Of a stretch of 64,000 nt of DNA, positions 1 through 9,131 are shown piece by piece; the first letter of the stretch is position 1; the number at the start of each line of letters is the position of its first letter. This DNA comes from Parcubacteria group bacterium. Its GTDB lineage: Bacteria > Patescibacteriota > Minisyncoccia > SW-4-49-11. The notes below the pieces were generated by a model. That model did not search any database. It saw only the letters and a list, made by a program, of their open reading frames with translations, and was not told the DNA's origin. The DNA is taken from positions 136,026-200,025 of the forward strand of contig CALRBF010000001.1 of NCBI GenBank assembly GCA_943354045.1, written 5' to 3'. A program made the translations under genes and the position numbers.

Positions 1-188
1 TTCAACCTCAGCTAATACTTTATTAAGATCAAGTGCATTAATTTGTATTAATTCAGCCTTAGCTATCCCAAGCCCACTTCCATATAATACTCCCGGAACT
101 AATCCCTCTTTTCGTAAAATAGTACTTTGACTACTTCCTTTCTTTTCACGCTTTTCTACCGATAATGATATTACTTCTTTTTTCATAC
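1..188 (-). CDS. rplY: 50S ribosomal protein L25 / Ctc family (N-terminal part; C-terminus lies beyond the window start)
   Basis: Minus-strand translation from the ATG at 188..186 gives MKKEVISLSVEKREKKGSSQSTILRKEGLVPGVLYGSGLGIAKAELIQINALDLNKVLAEVE, matching the L25 N-terminal pattern (R..G.VP.VLYG). The ORF track missed it because it is truncated at the window edge. Confidence 0.55.
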
Positions 189-422
189 AGATTTATCTTG
201 ACATTATTATACCTATAGATGTATTATACACTATATATTACAAAACTTCAATTTATTATGAATATCCCCCCTAAACTCAAACGCTTTGCTAAAAAAACTA
301 TATTTATTATATTTTTTATCATTATACTATTAGGGCTACTTTCTTATCTTATAGCACCATTTTTTGGGGTGAAATAAAAATAATTGATTTATCTTAAACT
401 ATTTGATATAATATAGTCTATA

Positions 423-494
423 TGTCCGATCGTCTAATTGGTAGGACGACAGGTTTTGGTCCTGTTAATCTAGGTTCGAGTCCTGGTCGGACAA
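423..494 (+). tRNA. tRNA-Gln (anticodon UUG)
   Basis: Manual cloverleaf fold: acceptor TGTCCGA/TCGGACA with a U1-A72 pair as in bacterial tRNA-Gln, D stem GTCT/GGAC, anticodon stem ACAGG/CCTGT with loop TTTTGGT (anticodon TTG), T arm CTAGG-TTCGAGT-CCTGG. No CCA is encoded. Confidence 0.75.
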
Positions 495-499
495 CATTA

Positions 500-949
500 T
501 TATAATCGCTCTTTATCAAAGAAAAATGCCCACCAACGCTCTGGATTAGTTTGAGCTGGAAGTCTTTTTTCGGCTTGTGGGTCCCTTAGAATTGATACTA
601 AATCTTGATCATTTAGATTAGCCGTAATTGAGCCTGGAGTTATTAATATCACTTGTTCACCTGGTTTTTTTAGATCAAGTTTTTGTTTGGCTTCTCTTTC
701 TTGATATGCTGAAGAGCTTATATATTCTTTTATTTGCTCTAAAGATAAAGAATCCTGTTTAATACGAGCAACTTGTTTAGCTAAAGCTTGTTTTTCTTGC
801 TCTATTACATATTTACGTTCAAATATAGTAAAAAGATTTTTTATTATAAATCCAATAGCTAATAATAGTGCTAATCCAATGAGCCCATTTCGAATATAAT
901 ACTTTGAGGGAGCTTTTATTGCTGATTTACTGCTCAAACGTTTTTTCAT
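500..949 (-). CDS. Septum formation initiator family protein (FtsB/DivIC-like)
   Basis: N-terminal membrane anchor (LIGLALLLAIGFII), a coiled-coil segment and a C-terminal ...KPGEQVILITPG motif typical of FtsB/DivIC. It sits next to an EnvC-like M23 peptidase gene. Confidence 0.55.
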   Translation of the reverse strand: MKKRLSSKSAIKAPSKYYIRNGLIGLALLLAIGFIIKNLFTIFERKYVIEQEKQALAKQVARIKQDSLSLEQIKEYISSSAYQEREAKQKLDLKKPGEQVILITPGSITANLNDQDLVSILRDPQAEKRLPAQTNPERWWAFFFDKERL

Positions 950-952
950 ATT

Positions 953-2200
953 TTAATATCCACAAGTTGATGGATTAACTGGAGCTCCCTGAGGACTGGA
1001 TCCAACTCTCAAAGAATTAGGGACATAAATCGTAAAGTGAAGGTGTGGACCTGTTGCAAATCCTGTTGAACCTATTGCACCAATTCTCTGCCCTCGGGTA
1101 ACAGATTGTCCATTTGATACATTTTGTACTGACAAATGACCATATAGAGAATAATAGCCATCATTATGTTTAATCACTATCCATTTTCCATATGATCTAT
1201 TATTAAAACCAACACTTACAACGGTTCCTGCGGCAGTAGCATATACTGGAGTACCATTTGGAGCACCAATATCAATACCATTATGACCAGCACCCCCATA
1301 TGCTCCTGATTTAGCATATGATGTCATTCCATATCCCTGTGTAATTCTTCCTCCTTGTACGGGCCAAGCATAGCCTCTTGCAGAACAGACTCTCCCCGCC
1401 CCTCCAAATTGAGAAGATAAAGCTGCTTCCAAATTTGCAAGTTCAACTGCTGTTGCTTTTCTTTGTGTCTCAAGAGTTTGCTCTTGAGCAGATAAACTAT
1501 TAAGACTAGAATTTAGTTGATTTACCGCAATAGCTGAGGCCTTTACTTGACTTTGAACTTGATTTTTATCACTTTCAATTGATTCTTTTCTATCTTCTAG
1601 AGTACCTTGTGTTGAAGCTAATGTAGCTTTTTGATTAGCAAGATTTTGATTAGCGACATCTAATGCTTCTTTTTTTGTAGTAATATCAGATAAAAGAATT
1701 TGTATTTTACCCTGTAGCGTACCAGAATATTCTACCCCATTAAAAACCTCGGACAATGTATCAGCACTTACTGCCGCTACAATTTCATTTTTGACTTGGG
1801 ACTGTTTATATAAACTTTCTACCAAATTACGAATTGTTTCTTTATTCTGTTGTATTTGATTTTCTAAATCTTGAATATTTTGTGTTGTTTCTTGAATATC
1901 CCCCTCAGTTTCATTGAGCTTTTGACCTACTTCTACTAATTGTCCTTGCAAATTTTTAATATCAGAATTTAATTGAGTCACTTGCCCCTTTAAGGCATTA
2001 ACCTCTGCTTCTTTACTATTTTTTTGTTGTGCAGTTTGATTTTTTTTATTCTGAATTGCTTGAATTTGTTGTTCAAGTTTTTGAATTTGAGCATTTTTAG
2101 CATTAATCTCTGATTGCGTTACTGCAAATACAGGGATACTACCCTGAGTGATAATCAAGGCTATTATACTGAAAGCTGTAATTATATGTCTTAATTTCAT
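953..2200 (-). CDS. M23 family metallopeptidase with long N-terminal coiled coil (EnvC-like murein hydrolase activator/peptidase)
   Basis: Signal peptide, about 250 aa of Q/N/E-rich coiled coil, and a C-terminal LytM/M23 domain (HNGIDIGAPNGTPVYATAAGTVV ... GHLS ... GAIGSTGFATGPHLHF). Confidence 0.8.
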   Translation of the reverse strand: MKLRHIITAFSIIALIITQGSIPVFAVTQSEINAKNAQIQKLEQQIQAIQNKKNQTAQQKNSKEAEVNALKGQVTQLNSDIKNLQGQLVEVGQKLNETEGDIQETTQNIQDLENQIQQNKETIRNLVESLYKQSQVKNEIVAAVSADTLSEVFNGVEYSGTLQGKIQILLSDITTKKEALDVANQNLANQKATLASTQGTLEDRKESIESDKNQVQSQVKASAIAVNQLNSSLNSLSAQEQTLETQRKATAVELANLEAALSSQFGGAGRVCSARGYAWPVQGGRITQGYGMTSYAKSGAYGGAGHNGIDIGAPNGTPVYATAAGTVVSVGFNNRSYGKWIVIKHNDGYYSLYGHLSVQNVSNGQSVTRGQRIGAIGSTGFATGPHLHFTIYVPNSLRVGSSPQGAPVNPSTCGY

Positions 2201-2239
2201 ATTGTATTATTGTTTGTTCTAGGACTTATATGTATTCAA

Positions 2240-3673
2240 TCACTTTTTTAGAATATTCTGAGCATATTGAATACGTTTTAATGTTTCTTCTTTACCAATT
2301 ATAGCAATAATCTCAAATGGGGATGGTGATTTTTCGAGTCCTGACAAAGCTACTCTCAGAGGCCATAATATTTCTCCCATTTGTTTATTATCTTTTTGTA
2401 TAGCTTCTTTTATAATAAATTCTATTGTGTCAAATTGACTTTCCTCTATAGTATACACTAGTTGATAAGACCACTCAAGACTTGTAATACTATCTTCTTT
2501 TGTCATAGCTTTAAAAGCTAATATATCAGGATTATATTCTGGCTGCTTCCATAGGAAACTGATTTCCTTACCAATATCAGCAAATTTCTTGATACGATTA
2601 ATTTCTAATTGTATAATAGATTTTAACTGCCTCTCATTCCATTTTTTGATATCAAATCTATTTTGTATTAGATATTGAGTACCGAGTTCAATTTGCTTCT
2701 CAGGGCTTAATTGCTTGATATAATGAGAATTTATTGAATCTAATTTTTGAATATTAAAAATTGCTCCACTTTTCTGTACTCTTTTAAGACTAAACTTCTC
2801 GATAATTTCACCTAAAGTGTAGTATTCTCTATCATTTCCCTCATTCCATCCAAGCAAAGCAAGAAAATTAATAAGGGCTTCAGGCAAATATCCCTGTTCT
2901 CTATATTCTCGAATAGAAGTTGCTCCAAAACGCTTAGACATTTTTGATTTATCAGGAGCAAGAATAAGTGGTAAATGTGCAAAATTCTTACGAGTAAACC
3001 CTAAAGCTTGATTAATTAATATCTGCTTTGGGGTATTGGCAATATGATCATCTCCTCTAATAATGTGAGTTATTTGCATTAATTCATCATCAATTACTAC
3101 TACAAAATTATATAACGGATAATCTAAATTCTTTGCTATGACAAAATCTCCAAGTAAAGAAGTATCAAACTCAATAAATCCTTTAATTTTATCTTCAAAA
3201 CTAATTTTAGTATCAGAGACTTTAAATCTCAAAACAGATTCTTGACTGGGTTTAATTTTTTTATCACGATAGGGGGACCTCAATACAAATTGCTCGCTTT
3301 TATCATCTGCCTGTTGTTTTAAGATATCAATTTCTTGCTCACTTAAATTACACCAAAAGGCATCACCACTTTGTATTAATTGTTCTAAATAGGGTTTATA
3401 TATATGAGCTCTTTGACTTTGGCGATAAGGTCCCAACTCCCCTATTTCTCCTTTTATCGAAACACCCTCATCAGGAATTAACCCCAGCCATTCTAAACCC
3501 TCTATAATATCTTGCTCTGATTCTTGCGTAGAGCGAACGATATCAGTATCTTCAATACGAATAGCAAAAATTCCTTTTTGGTTTTTGGCATATAAATAGT
3601 TAAATAATGCGGTTCTCGCTGTCCCAATATGAAGGTTTCCTGTAGGAGAGGGTGCAATTCTAGTTTTAATCAT
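2240..3673 (-). CDS. gltX: Glutamyl-tRNA synthetase
   Basis: Class I HIGH motif (PSPTGNLHIGTART) and KMSKS motif (KMSKR). The 477-aa length is typical of GluRS. Confidence 0.9.
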   Translation of the reverse strand: MIKTRIAPSPTGNLHIGTARTALFNYLYAKNQKGIFAIRIEDTDIVRSTQESEQDIIEGLEWLGLIPDEGVSIKGEIGELGPYRQSQRAHIYKPYLEQLIQSGDAFWCNLSEQEIDILKQQADDKSEQFVLRSPYRDKKIKPSQESVLRFKVSDTKISFEDKIKGFIEFDTSLLGDFVIAKNLDYPLYNFVVVIDDELMQITHIIRGDDHIANTPKQILINQALGFTRKNFAHLPLILAPDKSKMSKRFGATSIREYREQGYLPEALINFLALLGWNEGNDREYYTLGEIIEKFSLKRVQKSGAIFNIQKLDSINSHYIKQLSPEKQIELGTQYLIQNRFDIKKWNERQLKSIIQLEINRIKKFADIGKEISFLWKQPEYNPDILAFKAMTKEDSITSLEWSYQLVYTIEESQFDTIEFIIKEAIQKDNKQMGEILWPLRVALSGLEKSPSPFEIIAIIGKEETLKRIQYAQNILKK

Positions 3674-3720
3674 AACAATATCTTGTTCTTAATTGCTATC
3701 TATTATACCATATATTAATA

Positions 3721-4572
3721 CTATTTTCTATTAATCAAATCTCTTATAATAAGTCCTCCAAATAATATCCATGAGAATATAGAGAACATTATTCTTTGAT
3801 ACCATTTAGTATAATACCATTTAGTATAATATCGATTAAAGCCTTTTTGCCAATATAATCTTTTTTTGATATTCCATAATTTTTTGGTACTTGCTCCATG
3901 ATAATGATACATATGAGCCTCTGACACATAATAGGTTGTGTGTCCTCTTGATTGTAAATTTTTAGATAAGTCTACATCATTAAAGAATAGCCAATAGGCA
4001 CTATTATCATCAAATCCTCCAATTTCCTTCATAATACTACTACGTATCATTATGGCTGAGGCCATAGGTTGCTCACATTCTTGACTTTGAGTATAGTCAA
4101 AATTATCATCCCATTTCCCCTTTAGAATAGAATTAAATATATGGCTTAAAGTAGGTAATTGACGACAACTTTTTTGTATACTACCATTTGGATATTGTAG
4201 CTGTGGGGCTACCATACTATATTCAGGGTGATTATCTAAATATTGAATGAGATTTTGTATACTATCAGATTGAGCGACGATATCTTGATTGAGCCAAAGA
4301 GTATATTCTCCCTGAATATGCTGGAGAGCCTTATTATTCCCCGCAGCATAACCCAAATTATCTTTATTCGTAATAATGGTTAATAGAGCTTTTTTATCAT
4401 CCCAATTTTGCTGTAAATCTTCTAAATATTTAGAAGTATTATCTATAGAGCCATTATTAACCACAATTAATTGATAATATTCCTGATATGTATTACGAAT
4501 AGACTCAATACAAGCCTGTAAGTCTTTTTGATTATTCCAGGCTAAAATAACAATTGAGAGTTTAGAACTCAT
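3721..4572 (-). CDS. Family 2 glycosyltransferase
   Basis: N-terminal GT-A fold signature (SIVILAWNNQKDLQACIESI ... VVNNGSIDNT, DxD-type region). Confidence 0.7.
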   Translation of the reverse strand: MSSKLSIVILAWNNQKDLQACIESIRNTYQEYYQLIVVNNGSIDNTSKYLEDLQQNWDDKKALLTIITNKDNLGYAAGNNKALQHIQGEYTLWLNQDIVAQSDSIQNLIQYLDNHPEYSMVAPQLQYPNGSIQKSCRQLPTLSHIFNSILKGKWDDNFDYTQSQECEQPMASAIMIRSSIMKEIGGFDDNSAYWLFFNDVDLSKNLQSRGHTTYYVSEAHMYHYHGASTKKLWNIKKRLYWQKGFNRYYTKWYYTKWYQRIMFSIFSWILFGGLIIRDLINRK

Positions 4573-5246
4573 AGCGGAGATTTAATATAATCTCGCCAAA
4601 TCCTAAATAAATCTCCTGTTGCGACTACATCTCTCATACAATATTCAGCAATATCATGATATTTACCATCAATAAACATTTGAGGTACATCTAGTCCCGT
4701 AACTCCAGCACTTTTGGGACTTGTAATCCCAAAGCGTTTACAAAAATAATCTAAATTAAATCGCTTTGTCGTATTATAAAATGTTAATTGATCAAATAAA
4801 TCAATATGCTCTTTATCTGAATAACGATATGGTATCAAATTCTTAGTTGGCTTAATACGATGAATAGCTGATCGCATCAAAATATAAGGGCAATCAAATG
4901 ATCTTCCATTAAAGGTAATGAAAGTTGAGTATTTACGAATAGTAGCCCAAAATTTTTCTAATATTTCAGCCTCAGTACCTACTAAATAATGCACTCCTTC
5001 TTTTTCATATCGCTCTTCTAATTTACCATTAGGAGCTTGTAAATAAACACTTTTAATATCTTTATCAGGATCATATAATCCTATTGCTACAATTTGACCT
5101 GTAAGAGGATATAAGCCTAATGTTGTCTTTACTAGTTCTTGTTGCTCCTCATTCTCAGCATATTTCAATAAGTATTTTTGCGTTTCACCATCCAGTGAAT
5201 CCCAATTATCTCCCACTGTTTCAATATCAAATACTAAATATGACAT
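4569..5246 (-). CDS. DEDD-type 3'-5' exonuclease-like protein (RNase H-like fold; YprB/PolB-exonuclease-like)
   Basis: An Exo I-like FDIET motif at the N-terminus, then FNGRSFDCPYI and later H..D / Y...D acidic motifs. About 225 aa. Confidence 0.5.
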   Translation of the reverse strand: MSYLVFDIETVGDNWDSLDGETQKYLLKYAENEEQQELVKTTLGLYPLTGQIVAIGLYDPDKDIKSVYLQAPNGKLEERYEKEGVHYLVGTEAEILEKFWATIRKYSTFITFNGRSFDCPYILMRSAIHRIKPTKNLIPYRYSDKEHIDLFDQLTFYNTTKRFNLDYFCKRFGITSPKSAGVTGLDVPQMFIDGKYHDIAEYCMRDVVATGDLFRIWRDYIKSPL

Positions 5247-5304
5247 ATGTATATTATTATTTATCTATTTGTATCATACTATATTTTTGTATAAATGCAT
5301 ATAT

Positions 5305-6471
5305 TTAGCCCTTAAATGATCTAATATATTGCATCATTTCTAAATAGAATTGTAAATTATGCCTACTCAAATATTCTAGGGCATATTGTTCTTTGACATT
5401 ATACAAATGTCTTATATAAGCTCTCGTATATGCTTGAGATCCCTCCCACTCAGCATAAGGATCAATAGTATTAATATCTTCACGATATATTAAATTTTGT
5501 ATTTTCAGAATATCAAAAAATTTAATTTCAGGTAAAATTGCTGATTCTTGAACTTGTTGTAAATCTCGTAAATATTGATGTACATCTTGTTCTTTATTGG
5601 CTGATTTCCAAACATATACAGTACCATGACGAGCTTCTCTGGTTGGAATCACACAATCAAACATATCTACCCCGAGTGAGCTTGCATAAGCAATTTCTTC
5701 TGGCTTACCAAGCCCCATCAAATAGCGAGGTTTATCTTCTGGCAAAAGAGGAGTTATCCATTGTATTACTTTTAACACATCAGCTCTGGACTCACCCACT
5801 GAAACACCGCCAATAGCATAGCCATTAAATCCAATTTCTTGTAATTGAGATAAACTCAATTTGCGTAAATCCTCATAAATACCACCTTGTACAATACCAA
5901 ATAATAATGGTCTTTTATTATCTTTTCTTGGTTCACTTTGTAATAATCTTTCTAATTCATCTTTGGAACGCTTTGCCCAACGTGTTGTTAATTCCAATGA
6001 TTTCAAAATATAGGCTCTATCCGAATTCCCAGGAGGGCATTCATCCAAAACCATAATAATATCACTACCTAGATAATACTGTGTGCGAATAGATTCTTCT
6101 GGACTTAATAAATGCTCACTCCCATCCAAATGAGACCGAAAATATACTCCTTCTTCTGTAATTTTATTAATATTAGATAAGCTAAATACCTGATATCCTC
6201 CACTATCTGTCAAAATAGCTTTTGGCCAATTAGTAAATTGATGCAATCCCCCTAACTTATGTACTAATTCATATCCTGGTTTCAAATATAGATGATAGGT
6301 ATTCATCAAAATAATTTCAGTAGAGAATTGAGTAAGTATTTCCTGATTACCAATACCTCTAATACTTCCTTTCGTCGCAACAGGCATAAAAAAAGGAGTA
6401 GATATCTTACTATGTATCGCATCTAATACTCCATGCCTTAGAGCATATATTTTCTCTTGTATCTCAAACAT
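5305..6471 (-). CDS. tgt: Queuine tRNA-ribosyltransferase
   Basis: Conserved LLFGIVQGG and DMFDCVIPTR zinc/active-site region. Length is typical of Tgt. Confidence 0.85.
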   Translation of the reverse strand: MFEIQEKIYALRHGVLDAIHSKISTPFFMPVATKGSIRGIGNQEILTQFSTEIILMNTYHLYLKPGYELVHKLGGLHQFTNWPKAILTDSGGYQVFSLSNINKITEEGVYFRSHLDGSEHLLSPEESIRTQYYLGSDIIMVLDECPPGNSDRAYILKSLELTTRWAKRSKDELERLLQSEPRKDNKRPLLFGIVQGGIYEDLRKLSLSQLQEIGFNGYAIGGVSVGESRADVLKVIQWITPLLPEDKPRYLMGLGKPEEIAYASSLGVDMFDCVIPTREARHGTVYVWKSANKEQDVHQYLRDLQQVQESAILPEIKFFDILKIQNLIYREDINTIDPYAEWEGSQAYTRAYIRHLYNVKEQYALEYLSRHNLQFYLEMMQYIRSFKG

Positions 6472-6478
6472 AAACTCT

Positions 6479-8404
6479 TTACTTCTCTACGGTAAGCTGA
6501 TCTTGTATATCACTAACTTGATTACTACTAGGAGTATCTATGTTACCAGATAAATCAATTCCTGTAAACACATCTTTTCCCGTATAACTTACTTTACTCA
6601 ACAAACTTGGCTCTTGTCCTAATTGATTCGGGGTAGGATTAATTGCAATTTGGAATACCGCCCTATAAAGTGGTCTCAATAATCCCGTATTAGCAGGGAC
6701 ATTACCAATATCCCAAATTATTTCTTTAGTTCTATCATTATAACTTAATTTTCCAAATCCATTATTAGTACTTTGCCCTGTCCAACTAATATTAGCCGGT
6801 AATGTAGCCTTCAAGACAACCCCTGAGACATCATTAGTTAAATTTTGTATTTCCCAATTGACCGTAAATGTCGTAGTCTGAGCTAATTTTAATGGAATAG
6901 GTCCATTATTAATAATAGAACTTGTGGAACTTTTGTAATAGATATTTGATTTTGGAATAAGTCTCGTAGCTAATTTGACTTCACTCGCATTACCTTGAAT
7001 AATTTTATTTACTCCAAGAGTTGTAGGGACTTCATCACTTTCAAAGGTAGCTTGAGTTTTAATGACATAATTAATATCTTGAAAATCATCAATAGGAATA
7101 ATGCGCTTTACTGGTACTGAAAAATTTATTGTCCCCTCTTCATTTGGGGCAAATGTCTTAAGTTGAGGCAAAGCATTTGCTCGCCAAATAATTGTATTGC
7201 TTCCAGAGTCAAAATCAGCTCCTAAAGCTTTTAATTTAGTTATATCCAACAAATTACTATCGAGCTTTACTTTCAATAATCCCTCACCTATTCTCACTTG
7301 GGTATTATTTCGAATAGTAACAGTATAATCCAGAGTTTCTCCTGCGGATACTATTCCTGAGATAGGACTTACTTTTTGTACAATACTCACATAAGGAGAC
7401 CCTAATTTGGTTGAATTTTGACTATTCGCATATAGTGTAAATGCTCCTTGCTTATTTTCTCCAATTTGAGCTTTGAGAATTTTTATTTCTTGATCAAGAC
7501 CTCCAAGATTTCCTATAACCGTAACACTATAGGATCCTTTTGCTTTTAGGATTGGTATAGTAAAGATATTTTTCTCATTGCCCGTAGCGGTAATATTAGA
7601 TGATACAAAAGCAAAAGTATCAGGATATTCTAAACGCAATTCTAAATCTTTTAAATCATTAGATCCCTTATTATTTACCGTCACCACATAATTAACCGTG
7701 TCTCCACTTACACTTTCAAGAGGCGACTGTATATCAACAATGACGGGACTATCTGCTATGGTGGTCGCAAATTCAGTTTTAGTATCAAAACTAGAGTTTA
7801 AAATACTTGGCTTATAATTTAATATTGCTTTAATAGTTTGTATACTTCCCTGCTCTCCTATTAATCGTCCCTTTATGGTGATTTCCCCCTTGGAACGAGG
7901 AGCTAATTCTCCTAGAGAATATTCTCTTATCTCTGATTTTTCTTGTCCTAAAATATTCAAAGAAGAATCTGTTAGAGCTTTTGGTAATTCAACTGTAATC
8001 TTAGCATTTTCCAAAGCAACGAGATTATCATTACGATATGTGAGTGTATAACTCAAATCTTCTCCCGCACTAACTTGAGATGACCCCTTTACCTCTAACA
8101 CCACTCTCTTATCAGAGAATCTCTGCTGATTAAGAGAATATACAAAACCAGCTATTCCTATTGTAACAAAGACTGATAAGGCAATTAGACTCCATAAAGT
8201 AATTTTCTTCTTATATTTTTGAAAGAATGTTTGATCTGCTATCTCAAAAGAAGTTAATGATGGAGCCTTAGCTTCATCTCGCTTAGCATAAACACTGTAG
8301 GGAGTATGTTGAGTACGCTCTTGATCTAATATTTCACGATCTTCTTTTTGATAAATTTGTTTTTCTATATCTTTTAATGCCATATTATTTTTAACAATAT
8401 ACAA
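6479..8404 (-). CDS. Membrane-anchored surface protein with three DUF11/CARDB-like beta-repeat domains
   Basis: About 70-aa cytoplasmic N-terminus, one TM helix (LWSLIALSVFVTIGIAGFVYSL), then repeated segments of the pattern AGE.L.YT.T..N.G.......V.L ... (for example SGDTVNYVVTVNNKGSNDLKDLELRLEYPDTF), typical of the 'conserved repeat domain'. Confidence 0.5.
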   Translation of the reverse strand: MYIVKNNMALKDIEKQIYQKEDREILDQERTQHTPYSVYAKRDEAKAPSLTSFEIADQTFFQKYKKKITLWSLIALSVFVTIGIAGFVYSLNQQRFSDKRVVLEVKGSSQVSAGEDLSYTLTYRNDNLVALENAKITVELPKALTDSSLNILGQEKSEIREYSLGELAPRSKGEITIKGRLIGEQGSIQTIKAILNYKPSILNSSFDTKTEFATTIADSPVIVDIQSPLESVSGDTVNYVVTVNNKGSNDLKDLELRLEYPDTFAFVSSNITATGNEKNIFTIPILKAKGSYSVTVIGNLGGLDQEIKILKAQIGENKQGAFTLYANSQNSTKLGSPYVSIVQKVSPISGIVSAGETLDYTVTIRNNTQVRIGEGLLKVKLDSNLLDITKLKALGADFDSGSNTIIWRANALPQLKTFAPNEEGTINFSVPVKRIIPIDDFQDINYVIKTQATFESDEVPTTLGVNKIIQGNASEVKLATRLIPKSNIYYKSSTSSIINNGPIPLKLAQTTTFTVNWEIQNLTNDVSGVVLKATLPANISWTGQSTNNGFGKLSYNDRTKEIIWDIGNVPANTGLLRPLYRAVFQIAINPTPNQLGQEPSLLSKVSYTGKDVFTGIDLSGNIDTPSSNQVSDIQDQLTVEK

Positions 8405-8408
8405 TTTA

Positions 8409-9128
8409 TTATATCACACTTTTACGAATTATTGCTAAAGAATTACTTTTTAGTTTATACCATTGTAAATGATATTGAACAATACTCCAAGGAAAATCTT
8501 CAATTTCCAACCAAATGCCTTTCTGCCATTGACGTAATGTATAAATTAAATCAGTATTAACAGCAATATAATCATCAATATCTGAAGCTAAATTTGATAT
8601 TACGAGCCCGCCTGACCTCACACTAATACCAAAATCTTTCGCCTTAGTATTTCCTGTAATTACACAGTGAGATAAATTTATGCCATATCCAAGCATATAT
8701 AATAATCGTATTAATAGCCACCCTACTAATAATTGAGGTTTTGCATAATGACATTTAACCAAGTCAATATAGTCTTCTATACATTCGAATACTCCAATAT
8801 CCTTATGATTATCATCGGTTAATTGATCTAATAATTCAAATAAGAGACCCATAAGGGCATGTCCCTCTATATTTTGATATATATCAGTATGTGAATCAAT
8901 ATCTCTAATAGCAATAAGTCTAGATATATTTCTTCCTACAATAAACTCAATATCTGATTTACCCCAATCATATAATCGATACTGCAACTTAGACGTAGAT
9001 TTTTTGATTCCCTTTAATAATAAGGTTTGTTTCCCATACTCTTTGGTATAAAATACCCCTAATCTATCCGTATCAGGTAAATCTATTTGTTTAATGAGAT
9101 AAGCCAGACTATTATGAATGGGACTCAT
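8409..9128 (-). CDS. recO: DNA repair protein RecO
   Basis: About 240 aa. The C-terminal LLVGWLLIRLLYMLGYGINLSHCVITGN block resembles the RecO L.LL..LG.....C..CG region. The N-terminal part is OB-fold-like. Confidence 0.6.
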   Translation of the reverse strand: MSPIHNSLAYLIKQIDLPDTDRLGVFYTKEYGKQTLLLKGIKKSTSKLQYRLYDWGKSDIEFIVGRNISRLIAIRDIDSHTDIYQNIEGHALMGLLFELLDQLTDDNHKDIGVFECIEDYIDLVKCHYAKPQLLVGWLLIRLLYMLGYGINLSHCVITGNTKAKDFGISVRSGGLVISNLASDIDDYIAVNTDLIYTLRQWQKGIWLEIEDFPWSIVQYHLQWYKLKSNSLAIIRKSVI

Positions 9129-9131
9129 GCA

